In this document: piece by piece, positions 50,252-62,480 of the stretch
Position numbering within the stretch: the first letter of the stretch is position 1
Layout of the letters: the number at the start of each line of letters is the position of its first letter
Origin: Mobula hypostoma
Taxonomy: Eukaryota
NCBI RefSeq assembly: GCF_963921235.1
Contig: NC_086097.1
Coordinates: forward strand, 107,882,001-107,946,000
Direction of reading: 5' to 3'
DNA: 64,000 nucleotides
Made by a program: the position numbers and the translations under genes
The notes under the pieces: model-generated
Told to the model about the DNA's origin: nothing
Database searches by the model: none
Seen by the model: only the letters and a program-made list of their open reading frames with translations

Positions 50252-53201
50252 CTCTCCTAATGATTTATATTGCTCTTCTCATCAACACAGTAATATTGCT
50301 AACGTAAGCACCCCTAGTCTAAGTGTTTGTTTTTTTTTGGAAAATAGAGAATTAACACATGTAAAGGGAAAGGTTTGGGAAAGGAATAAAAAAAAATGAA
50401 AAAATTAAGTAAATAAGTACATAGGGATTGGATAATTATGTCTGCGGGCAGGAACAAGCACGAACAAATTGGGATATAAACACCTACAATGGTTGGTATA
50501 TAGGCTTGTATGCAACATTTTGGACCAGTGGAAATGGTCCGGAAGGTTTGTATGGAAACTATTATTACCATTTTTCTTAACAACTAATTTCATTACTTAG
50601 CCTAATAGGTTAGATTTACCACAGTACATAATTATCTATTTAAATGTTTATTTTCCTTTTATATCATCTCAATGTGTACTTAAGAATGTATAAATAATTG
50701 TAGTTTTATACATATAAAAAATGGAAAAGGTTATATGTGTGAAAAAAGTACATGATAATTGTGAATTCCTTATCCAAATAAAAATAAAATTAAAAAAAAA
50801 GAAAAATGGAAGATGGAGTTTAATACAGACAAGTGTGAGGTATTGCACGTTGGAAGGACAAACCAAGGTAGAACATACAGGGTAATGGTAAGGAACTGAG
50901 GAGTGTAGTGGAACAGAGGGATCTGGGAATACAGACACAAAATTCCCTAAAAGTGGCGTCACAAGTAGATAGGGTTGTAAAGAGAGCTTTTGGTACATTG
51001 GCCTTTATTAATCAAAGTATTGAGTATAAGAGCTGGAATGTTATGATGAGGTTGTATAAGACATTGGTGAGGCCGAATCTGGAGTATTGTGTTCAGTTTT
51101 GGTCACCAAATTACAGGAAAGATATAAATAAGGTTGAAAGAGTGCAGAGAAGGTTTACAACGATGTTGCCAGGACTTGAGAAACTCAGTTACAGAGAAAG
51201 GTTGAATAGGTTAGGACTTTATTCCCTGAAGCGTAGAAGAATGAGGGGAGATTTGATAGAGGTATGTAAAATTATGATGGGTATAGATAGAGTGAATGCA
51301 AGCAGGCTTTTTCCACGAGGCAAGGGGAGAAAAAAACCAGAGGACATGGGTTAAGGGTGAGGGGGGAAAAGTTTAAAGGGAACATTAGGGGGGCTTCTTC
51401 ACACAGAGTGGTGGGAGTATGGAATGAGCTGCCAGACAAGGTGGTAAATGCGGGTTCTTTTTTAACATTTAAGAATAAATTGGACAGATACATGGATGGG
51501 AGGTGTATGGAGGGATATGGCCCATGTGCAGGTCAGTGGGACCAGGCAGAAAATGGTTCGGCACAGCCAAGAAGGGCCAAAAGGCCTGTTTCCGTGCTGT
51601 AGTTTCTATGGTTTCTATGGTAATAAAATTGAGATCACTGGACCTCAAGTGCTCCCGAACTGCCACTTCAGTTACTTGGCCCACCTGAGTGCCTAAGAGG
51701 AAGTCCAATATCTTTCCTTCTCAAGTAGGTTCCTAAATATTTTCCATGAGGAAACTGTCTTGGACGCACTGCACAAAGTCTACCCCATTCAAGGCCCTCT
51801 ACACTCTGGGTGGCCCAGTCGATACTGGGAAAATTGAAATCTCCCAATAGCACAACTACATACAATTTCTCAACACAGCTCCTCCACAAGTTCCCATTAA
51901 CTACTAGGGGGTCTATAGTACAGCCTTCCCAAGGTGACCATTCCCTTTCTTATTTCTAAGTTCGACCCAAATGGCCTCATTAGATGATCCCTCGTGAATT
52001 TCCTCCCCTCAGGTGAGAAATAAAATATTTACTTTTGTAAAATTAATTTGCGATAACTTTAAATTATCCATTAGAATATAAATATGTTTGTAATTAATAA
52101 ATTTTGTAAAGTATATTTTAATTGGCTGGAGCCAATTTAGAGATAATTTATTTTCTAAGTTTTACAAGGCCCCCCAACACTTTGGCATTTGCTTTCATGT
52201 CGATTACATTATGTCAAGTTCAGCTGTGTTTATGGAATTCTGACACTCAAGCTTACATAAAATAAGGCTGATAATACGTTTAACTGGTTGAGGGATCAGC
52301 CAAAAATCTGAAAGTATCTGTTGTCTGATTTTTTTTCTCAGTAAAGAGATTGCAATTGCAGCTCTAAATTCTCTTCAACAGCCACTAATGATATCCTTCC
52401 TACTGCCTTCAGCATAACAATGACACTAATCTTTTCCAATGTCTCTCAGTATCCACCTTTCTTGATTTCAAAGCACACTTATTATCAAAGAATGTATAGA
52501 TTATACACCTTGAAATTTGTCTGTTTATAGGCAGGTACAAAGCAAGAAACTTGAATAACCCAATTTTAAAAAAGATCAAAAAACAGAGAAAAAGAATACA
52601 CATCATGCAAACAACTGAAGCAAGCCAACAGCATTCCGAACCAGACTGAGTTCCAGATCCGCTCCAGAAGCGGCCGGAGTAGACCGAATCTATTTGGAAT
52701 GACCTTATTGACAATATGATAACATTATTTTTATCTTGATTTACTATTTCAATTAGTTCTGCGTAGATCATTTTTCCAATATATCTTTTAATTTCTCAAA
52801 AATTATTCCTTGATGAAGAAATATAATTTTTGCACAGATTATCCAATTTACTTTAACCAGGTCCTACCATCTCTGGAATTAGTTTGGTTTAAAATTTTTT
52901 CATAAGGTTCCATTACCTTAATTCATTCTTCTCTATATTATGTGGCCTATCATTAAACAATTTTGATTAATTTTATGATAAATATTTGACACTAGAAATG
53001 GGGTGGACAACGGTTGAAAGTCAATTCATAATAGCTTGGTCATTTCCTAATGATGAGTAAATGAGAAATGGAAAAGTTCACCTTTTTTTTACGATGTCTA
53101 ATCTAAATTTTAAACAAGGTTTCATTATAAAGAGTCATTACAGAAATAAATACAGGTTTCACATATGTAAATTAACTGAAAAGCTGGGTACATTTACTTA
53201 C

Positions 53202-53276
53202 CAGTACTGCAACCATACGTCTTCCATGAATAGTTCTTCAGGGATTGGATTGATGAGGACAAGATCAGACACCTCC
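53202..53276 (-). CDS. Internal coding exon B of the same alpha/beta-hydrolase-fold gene
   Basis: ctatctctgtcccacag|G GAG GTG...CAG TAC TG|gtaagt. 75 nt, phase 2/2. (W)EVSDLVLINPIPEELFMEDVWLQY resembles the beta6 motif 'V..LVLIDP' that follows the nucleophile helix. Confidence 0.92.
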
Positions 53277-53709
53277 CTGTGGGACAGAGATAGGTTTGCC
53301 AACTGAGGGTGTATTTCAGCAGACAGAGTTCAGGGTACAGCAATAACCCAGCCAAATAGACATTACTGAAGATATACTGTATGGAGCAATTTAGCAGATA
53401 TTGGAAAACTTTTGTGAGTATAGCATTTGTGATATCCATTTACCAGCTCTTTTTGGAATTGCACTCTAGTGTTGACATTAATCTTTATATCGCTGCATAC
53501 GGAACATTAAACAGGGGCATATAAAACCAAAAAAAAATGAACTTGGATAATTTAGAAACAGAAATACTTGAAACACACTTATCAATCATCACTTAATCTT
53601 TGCTCTCCTATTGCAAATGCAAGCAAGCAAATCTTTACATCAACAGTAGTGGAAACTGCGAGCAGTGTCAAACACCAGGCGTGCACATCACACCCAATCT
53701 CTCGTGTCC

Positions 53710-54400
53710 CAGAACACATTCTGCACAATCGAGAAAGCTCACCAACACCTCTACTTTCTGAAGAAGCTGAAGAGAGCTGCACTATGCACATCTACAGTGT
53801 ATACACGACTTCTACAGTTGCACAGTAGAGTGCATTCTAACAAGCTGCATTTCTGCATGGTATGAAAACCGTATTGCGGCAGACAGGAAGGCTCTACAAC
53901 AGGTGGTCAGAACTGCGCAACGCATCACTGGTACCTACCTACCATCAAGGACATGTACTGAGAAAGGTTCCAGAAAAGAGCCAGTAACATCATGAAGGAT
54001 CACATACACCTTGCTCATGCACTGTTTGTTCCACTCCCATCTCAGGGAGGAGGCTACATAGCATCCATGCCAGGACCACCAGACCCAAAAACAGTTATGT
54101 TCTTCAAGCAGTAAGGCAGATCAACACCTCCATCCACTAACCTGCACTTCCACCACTACATTATCATTTCCTGTCAATCACCTCACGTACAGACCTCGCG
54201 TCTGTGCCGTGTCACTTAATGAATATACAATTAACATATGTATATAAGCTATCTTAACAATTTATATTTATTGAGTTTTTTATTGTTATTATTGTGTCCT
54301 TTATCTTACTGTCTTTTTTTGTGTTGCATCAGATCTAAAGCAACAACTATTACCTTCACATACACTTCTGTACTGGAAATGACACCAAAAAATCTTGAAT
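53710..54400 (+). mobile_element. Degenerate Rex1/Babar 3' fragment
   Basis: KAHQHLYFLKKL motif and a Rex-type 3' region. Confidence 0.65.
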
Positions 54401-54439
54401 TTTGGTTAACTTTCAATGAACAGTTAATCATCTCTGGAA

Positions 54440-54960
54440 AAGGGTAACCAGTCAATGTTTTAAGCAGAGACATTTCATCAGGAGTGGGAAGATACATGAC
54501 GTTAGAGCGAGAAGGTGGAGGAGGGGAGGAAGAAGTACAAGGTGGTAGGTAATAGGTGATAGGTGAAACTGGGAGAGGGGGAGGGGTGAAAAAAAGAGCT
54601 GGAAAGCTGATAGTTGAAAGAGATAAAGAGCTAGACGGGGGAAATCTGATAAGAGAGGATAGAAGACCGTGGAAGAAAGGAGTTGCTCCTCCAACTTGAA
54701 TGTGGTCGCATTGATATAGAGGACGCCACACCAGGAACATCAAATACAGTAGATAACCTCAATAGATTCACAGATTTGTGTCCTCCCCTCCCCCTACCTT
54801 CTACCTGCAACTTCTCATCTTTTTTCCCCCAGTCCTGATGAGAGTCTCAGTTTGAAACATCAACTCTTTACTCTTTTCCATTGATACTGCTTGGCCTGTT
54901 GGGTTGCTCCAGCATTTTGTGTGTGTTGTTTTGGATTTCCAGCATCTGAAGATTTTGTCT
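54440..54960. mobile_element. Older PLE inverted pseudo-LTR structure
   Basis: A minus arm (about 54440-54770) abuts a plus arm (about 54780-54960). Decayed hammerhead agtcctgatgagagtctcagtttgaaacatcaact. Confidence 0.65.
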
Positions 54961-56248
54961 TATTTATTCATTTCTGCTCTGTTTCAGTCTCTTAACCACT
55001 TCTCCACCTTCATCAAAATTTAAGCCCAAAGCCATCAACTTGTGGTTCTTGTCAAATGCTTGTTGAATGTCCACACAGGCAACCCCTGTGTTATGGGGAT
55101 TGGGATGCAATTCCATCTGCAGAAAATAATCCTTGTCATGATCTTCCCCAATGGGAAGCCACATCAACTGTGCATACATCAAGAAATGAGTTGGAAAAAA
55201 ATTATCTACTCATTTTCACTTAAATTTCCTGAAAGCATATCCCAGATTGTTTTGGCAGTGACATGTGAATTCTGAAAAGGTAAACTTCATTCCCAAAGTG
55301 CCATAATGCAGGATTCACCCATATACTCAATTCACTAGTTCCCTTGTATCATTCCTGCCTCGATTAGTTTTATCAGAATCTATTTTCCTTTAAAAAAAAC
55401 ATGTTGCCTCTGCCTAATCATGCTATCATTTTCTGAATACTCTTCAATGATGGATTTTAGCATTTTGCAGACAAGCCAGATTAACACATCTGTCGTTCCC
55501 CCATTTTCTCTCACTTCTTGTTTAAAAAAGTCTTGCACTTATTACCTTCTAATCTGCTCAGACTGTTCACAATATTTCAGAGGGTTATTATAAATGCATC
55601 AATCATCTCTGCAGTACATTTAAACACTTAGTTCAGAGGGTTCTGTTAACTTTTACTTCCCTTAATTTCTAATTTACTTCCTTTTTAATGATAATAATTA
55701 CATCAAGTTACTTGCAGTATTCATTTCCAATGTTACTGATTTTAATTATGTTTTCTAAAGTGATTATTTAACGTTTTCTTTTCACTTCCCATAATTATTT
55801 CTTCGGATCTTCTGTGACAGACACACTTAATTTCAATACTTTCTTTACTATATTGCAGATGTTCTTAAATCTTTTTTTAATATAATTCATGCCAATATAT
55901 TTTCATTTTTCGTCTTTATGGCCATCTATTGATGGTTCTTAATGTTCTCCCACATGCCAGCTTTATTACCCTTCTTGACAACATCGTAAACCTTTCTAAA
56001 CACCTTCAATCTAATACTATCTTCAGCCTTCTTAATGCTCAACATTGATGCTTCATTTTTACTATGAAATGCACATTTAATTAGAATAATGAATTTTTTT
56101 TAACCATGTTCTAGTGTATATTTATCACAAACCTTTTAAAATAATTTCTCAGTTCTGTTTTGGCTACATCAACACTCATAAATATATAATTGGCTTCATT
56201 TCAAGACTCTAATTTCCACCATCTGAAATGTCAAGATTTTTATCTTAC

Positions 56249-56365
56249 CAGTTGTGAATGTGGGCATAAAATCTTGCATTGAGTGCCCCAAGCTCTGATC
56301 CCACGAGTACAAAGGGGCTCTGCAGCTTAGCTTCCTTAATAAGTCCGTGCAGATCATCTACCATT
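56249..56365 (-). CDS. Internal coding exon A of an alpha/beta-hydrolase-fold host gene (nucleophile-elbow exon)
   Basis: Minus strand: ttttttcttctaaag|A ATG GTA GAT...CAC AAC TG|gtaaga. 117 nt, phase 2/2. Translates MVDDLHGLIKEAKLQSPFVLVGSELGALNARFYAHIHN, matching the AB-hydrolase pattern 'DL..L.....PFVLVGxxxG'. Splices in frame to exon B. Confidence 0.93.
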
Positions 56366-56539
56366 CTTTAGAAGAAAAAAAGCAAATTAATATTTACGAA
56401 GATCAACAGTGATGAATAAATCTCACTATCAAGACAGCACATTCCTCATATTTGCCAGCTTGTGTTATTCTAAATTAGTAATCCACATGGCTGTATACAA
56501 AAAAAAAGAATGCACAAAGCTTAACAATTTTACTCCTTC

Positions 56540-57165
56540 TAGTCATAGTCATACTTTATTCATCCCGGGGGAAATTGGTTTTCGTTACAGTTGCACCATA
56601 AATAATAAATAGTAATAGAACCATAAATAGTTAAATAGTAATATGTAAATTATGCCAGTAAATTATGAAATAAGTCCAGGACCAGCCTATTGGCTCAGTG
56701 TGTCTGACCTTCCAAGGGAGAAGTTGTACAGTTTGATGGCCACAGGCAGGAACGACTTCCTATGACGCTCTGTGTTTCATCTCGGTGAAATGAGTCTCTG
56801 GCTGAATGCACTCCTGTGCCCACCCAGTACATTATGTAGTGGATGGGTGACATTGACCAAGATGGCATGCAACTTAGACAGCATCCTCTTTTCAGACACC
56901 ACTGTCAGAGAGTCCAGTTCCATCCCCACAACATCACTGGCCTTACGAATGAGTTTGTTGATTCTGTTGGTGTCTGCTACCCTCAGCCTGCTGCCCCAGC
57001 ACACAACAGCAAACATGATAGCACTGGCCACCACAGACTCGTAGAACATCCTCAGCATCGACCGGCAGATGTTAAAGGACCTCAGTCTCCTCAGGAAATA
57101 GAGACGGCTCTGACCCTTCTTATAGACAGCCTCAGTGTTCTTAGACCAGTCCAGTTTATTGTCAA
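56540..57165 (-). mobile_element. Rex1/Babar 3' fragment, same young family as 29923-30692
   Basis: MLRMFYESVVASAIMFAVVCWG...; same 3' UTR and (atgact)n tail. Confidence 0.88.
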
Positions 57166-57347
57166 ACTGTCAATAGTCCTGCAAAGCAAAATGTATCTGG
57201 GTGCTTGGTGATGCATCTCCTCACCCAATATGTGTATTTCATTAACTAATGTGATTTCACAATTTATCAGAAACTCAACAAACAGGATGAATGAATGCCA
57301 TATCAGGGATGGAATGTAAAACAGAGAGTGTTAAAGGTTTCATTGCA

Positions 57348-58730
57348 GCTGTTTCTTACACCCATGCTGAGCTCATCAATTTCATCAACTTTGCTCAACT
57401 TCATTGGTGCTGTTTCTTACACCCATGCTGAGCTTATTGATTTCATCAACTTTGCCTCCAATTTCCACGCTACCCTCAAATTTACTTGGTCCATTTCTGG
57501 CACCTCTCCCCTTTCTTGATCTCTCCATCTCCACCCCTGGAGACAGTCTACCTACTGATATCTTTAGTAAACTCACTGACTCTCCCAGTTATCTGCACTA
57601 TACCTCTTCCAACCCTGCCACTTGTAAAAATGCCTTCCCCTTCTCTCAGTTCCTCCACCTCCATCGCATCTGTACTCAGGATGAGGCTTGTCATTCCAGA
57701 ACAACTGAGATGTCCTTCTTCAAAGAAAGGGGCTTCCCTTTCTCTATCATCAATGCAACCCTTATCCGTATCTCTTCCATTTCGTGCACATCTGCCCACA
57801 CCCCATCTGCCCGTTGCCACGCCAAGGATAGGGCTCCTCTTGTCCTCACCTACCAACCCCAGTAGCCTCCGTATCCAGCGCATAATTCCACATAACTTCA
57901 GCCACCTCCAACGGGAACCCCCCCCCCCGCCTCCTGCCTGTTTTCCGCAGTGATTGCTCCCTACACGACTCCCTTGTCCATTTGTCCCTCCCTATTGATC
58001 TCCCTCCTGGCACTTATACTTGCAAGCGGAATAAGTGACACACCTGCCCCTACACCTCCTCTTTCGTTATCATTCAGGGCCCCAAAAAGTCCTTCCAGGT
58101 GAGGCGATACTTCACCTGTGAATTATCTTGGGTATCCAGTGCTCCCGTTGTGGCCTCCTGTACATCAGTGAAAAAGCACAATCTCCCAATGGCCACCCTT
58201 TTCAGCATGTTCCCTACTGCCGTGAAGAGGCCACACTCAGGTTGGAGGGGCCACACTTTATATTCCATCTGGGTAGCCTCCAACCTGATGGCATGAACAT
58301 AAATTTCTCAAACTTCCACTAATGCCCCAACCCCTCTACCATTCCCCATCTCCTGATTCCCTCTCTCACCTTATCTCTTTAACTGTCCATTATCTCCCTG
58401 CTCTTCCCTTTCTTCCATAGTCTTCTACCTTCTCCTATCAGATCCCCCCTTCTCCAATCCTTTATCTCTTTCATCAATCAACTTTCCAGCTCTTTACTTC
58501 ACCCCCTCCCCCAGTTTCACTTATCACCTGCCAACTTGAACTTCTTCCTCCCCTCCTCCCACCTCCTGCTTTGACTTCTCCCCTTCCTTTCCAGTCCTGA
58601 AGAAGGATCTTGGCCTGAAAAGTCAACTGTTTACTCTTTTCCATAGATGCTGCATGGCCTGCTGAGTTCCTCCAGCATTTTGTGTGTGTTGTTTGGATTT
58701 CCAGCATCTGCAGATTTTCTCTTGCTTGTG
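57348..58730 (+). mobile_element. Penelope-like element 3' portion (RT C-terminus, Cys motif, GIY-YIG remnant, pseudo-LTR)
   Basis: FINFASNFH..LKFT, LPFLDL, YLHYTSS.P..K..FPFSQF, PLVLTY, LGSLQPDGMN. Decayed hammerhead at 58593-58628. A ~47-bp tandem duplication at the 5' junction. Confidence 0.85.
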
Positions 58731-59804
58731 AAAGAAATACCATGAACAATTTCAATGAACACTCTTTTCATTACCATCATGGGTAGAGACCTACCCACCA
58801 CTGTTGCAGGAAAGCAGCATTCATCATCGGGACCCCACCAACCAGGACATGCTCTCTTCTTGCTGCTGTCATCAGGAAGTAAGGTACATGAGCCTTAAGA
58901 CTCGCATCACCAGTTTCAAAGTTTCAGTAACAATTATTACCACTCAGCCATCCGGCTCCTGAACAACAGGGGATAACTTCACTCGCCCATCATTGAAATG
59001 CTCCCACAACCAATGGACTCAGTTTCAAAGACTCTTTAGCTCACGTTCTTGATATTTATTGCTTATTTATTTAGATTATTGTTGTTCCTTCTTTTTGCAT
59101 TTGCAGTCTGGTGTCTTCTGCACTCTGGTTGAAAGCCCTAGTTTGGAGGTCATTCACTGATTCTGTTATAGTTACTATATTCTATAGATTTGTTGAGTAG
59201 GCCCACAAAAAATGAATCTCAGGGTTGTATATGGTGACATATATGTACTTCGATAATAAAATTTACTTTGAACTATGTCAGTATTTACCAAGGACAAGGT
59301 CATGAAGAATACTGGAGTATGTTAATATGCAAGGGCATTTTGAGATAAAGAAAGAGGTAGCATTGGGTCACTGGAATAATGTTAAGGTGAATAGCTCCCC
59401 AGGTCCTAGTGGAATTTACACCAGGTTTATTGAGAAAGACAACAGGTGAGATTGCTGGGGCTTTGACCAAAATCTTTGTGTCCTCACTAGCTACAGACAA
59501 GGTCCCAGAGAACTATCAAATAGCTAATCTAGTTCTGTTTCCTCAAGAAAGGAAATAGGGATTTCACTCGTACGTAAAGACTGGAGAGGCTCATGTCAGT
59601 AGTAAGAAAACTATTGTAGAGGATTCTTGGCGATAGGATTCATGAGCATTTGTAAAACTATGGCCTAATTAGGAATAGACAGATTCCATTTCCCACTAAA
59701 ATAACAACTCAGATTCTCACTCTGGTACTCTTGTTTTGTCATTTATCATTTCTACAAAGCCTCTGGGAACATACTGATTGTTCAAAAAGATCACACATAC
59801 CCCT

Positions 59805-60318
59805 AGAGCCCACTTTATAAGCTCCAACTAAACACTTGCTCGTTAATGCAATTATCTAATTAGCCAATCATGTGGCAACTACTCAATGCAGTAAAACATG
59901 CAGACATGGTCAAGAGGTTCATTTGTTGTTCAGACCAAACATCAGAATGGGGAAGAAATTGTTCTAAGTGACTTTGACCGTGGCATACTTGTTGGTGGCA
60001 GATAGGGTGATATGAGTATCTCAGAAACTGATATCCTGGGATTTTCACGCACAACAGTCTCTAAAGTTTACAGGGAAAGGTGTGAAAAGAAAAGATCTAG
60101 TGAGCAGTAGTTCTGTGGGCAGAAATGCCATGTTAATGAGAGAGCTCAAAGGATCAAGCTGACGGGAAGGTGACAGTAACTTAAATAATGACACATTACA
60201 ACAGGGATGTATAGAAGACCATCTCTGACTGCACAACACATACAACCTTGAATTAGGTGGGCTACAGCAGCAGAACACCACAAACATATAGTCAGTGGCC
60301 ACTTTACTAGGTACAGGA
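59805..60318 (+). mobile_element. Tc1-like transposon remnant (transposase HTH N-terminus)
   Basis: Decayed MGKK..LSDFDRG..VG..SISET...GFSRTTVS.VY. Tc1-type terminal motif cagtggccactttactaggtaca. Confidence 0.65.
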
Positions 60319-61604
60319 ATACTACAGTTGAGAGAGGAAACTCAACCTAACTTTTTGTTTCCCTATTTAACCCAGAGATCTTTCTAGCACATCATACTTC
60401 ATACTTGCAATTGCTTCCTTACAAGACCATCACCCCTTCATTTTTATCCCCTCCTTCTCATCTGAAAAATCCTGTTACCAGGGATATTATGACACCATCT
60501 GCCTCTAACTTCTCCTTAGTATTCTGTGCCTTTGCTGCCAACTGGCACACTGCACAAGGTGCAGACTGTATGCCGAGGGATACACTCAAGTTTGGTGAAG
60601 CCACCACAGAGTCTTTGTGGGGAAGGACTACAGTGCAAGGATTTGCCTCCTCTGGGCATTGAGTGGGTGGGTCCTGTTTTACAGTCATTCAAACACTTTG
60701 TTGGTATATTGCTGAAGGAGGAGATGTGAGTGGCACTGGGGCATTGTAAGATAATGATTTGATTTTATGCAACAATAAAAACATAAGACCATAACACATA
60801 GGAGCAGAATGAGGCCACTTGGCCCATCAAGTCTGCTCTGCCATTTCATTATATCTGGTCCATTTCCATCTCAACACCAATCTCCTGCCTGCTTCCCACA
60901 ACCTTTCATGCCCTGACTAATCAAGAATCTATCAATCTCTGCCTTAAATACACCCAACAGCCTCGCTTCCACAGCAGCCTGTGGCAACAAATTTCACATA
61001 TTGACCACCCTCTGGCAAAAGAACTTCCTCCTCCTCCCCGTTCTAAATGGATATCCCTTTATTCTGAGGGTGTGCCTTCTGGCCCTAGACTCCCCCACTA
61101 CAGGAAACGTCCTCTCCACATCCACTAGGCCTTTCAACATTCAATAGGTTTCAACGAGATCACCCGAATGAGGAGCAATTGACAGCTCTGTGCCTTTACT
61201 CATGGGAATTTGGAAGAACGGGGGGTGGGAGGGGGGGATCTCATTGAAACCCATCAAATGTTGACATGTACCAAATGCATTTCATGTCTTTAATTATTAT
61301 TAAAAAAACTATATTTTTGAAATTTAAAAGTCTGCAATTCTGCTATGAATAATTTCTTAGATTATTAGTTTATATACATTAACCAAAATCTCCCAAATTT
61401 CCTTCTCCTTCCCATCTCTATTTATACAGAAATGGCTTTCTATTATTGAATTCATCTGGACACTGTTCTGGTCAGGTTCAAATGAATTGTGTCACAAGAG
61501 AGCAGCTCCCTATACTCTAATAATCGTGCCAGTGCCCCACAATTTAAAGCCCTTGTCACACATGCCAGTTTGGGCCACAGATTTTCTCTATAGTTTCTTT
61601 GTTA

Positions 61605-62225
61605 TATGGACTCAACATATCAATACGGCTACAAAGGAGGCACGACAGCAGCTATATTTCATTAGGAGTTTGAGGAGACTAAGTCTGTCACAAAAGACAC
61701 TCACAAATTTCTACAAATGTACCGTGGAGAGCGTTCTAACTGGCTGCATCACTGTATGATACAAGGTGGGGAGGGCTACTGCATAGCATACAAGTAAGTT
61801 GCAGAGAGTTGTAAACTTAATTAGCTCCATCATGGGTACTAGCCTCCATGGTACCCAGGACATCTTCAAGAAGCAGTGCCTCAAAAAGGCTGCATCCATC
61901 ATTAAGGACCCCCATCCCCCAGGTCGTTCTTGTTCTCCACGCTACCATCAGGAAGCCGGTACAGAAGCCTGAAGGCAAATACTCAGTGATTCAGGAACAG
62001 CTTCTTCCTCTCTGCCATCCGATTTCTGAATGGACATTGAACCCATGAACACTACCTCACTATTTTCTTTTAACTATTTTATATATAATATATACACATC
62101 TATACATACGCATACTTACTGTAATTCACATTCTTTCTTTCTATTATTATGTATTGCAATATACTGCTGTTGCTAAGGCAACAAATATCACAACGTATAC
62201 TGGTGATATTAAACCTGACCCTGTG
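61605..62225 (+). mobile_element. Rex1/Babar 3' fragment
   Basis: WTQHINTATKEARQQLYFIRSLRR..TLTNFYKCTVESVLTGCITV. Confidence 0.78.
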
Positions 62226-62480
62226 ATTTCTTTTTTTGCACGCAATCTTGTACACTGCTCCACTTACATATAGACACTGCTCATTTTAAGCCCAAATTTT
62301 TAAATATTATTCTTGGCTCCTCAGTGATTCATCCCAGAAACATGCCTTTCACCCCACTTTATCCACTCTTTTGCCCATTACACAGCTAGCATTTAGGGCA
62401 GCAATGAAGGTCCTCTGTCTCTGGTGGTGTTCAGGGCTTCCTTTATCATGTCAGTAGCTTCGTCTCAGTTTATTACAGCT

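Larger units (their letters stand above)
44978..50800 (+). mobile_element. Full-length, nearly intact L1 LINE (L1-B)
   Basis: 16-bp TSD GAAAAATGGAAGATGG (44962-44977, 50801-50816). 5' end GGGGGACTTCCGG. AATAAA and poly(A) at the 3' end. Confidence 0.96.
41460..51620 (+). mobile_element. Full-length CR1 LINE (5'UTR tandem monomers, ORF1, ORF2) interrupted by L1-B
   Basis: 9-bp TSD TAATAAAAT (41451-41459, 51621-51629). Tail tttctatggtttctatg. ORF2 is continuous across the L1-B TSD (KWKM|EFN). Confidence 0.92.
40690..52010 (-). mobile_element. Old minus-strand CR1 remnant split by the 41460-51620 insertion
   Basis: Joining the flanks across the TSD restores EHLRSSDLNFIILKIVIEESRIGPRVNVLNW. GDFNFP at about 51830. 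3' region at 40690-41090. Confidence 0.75.
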
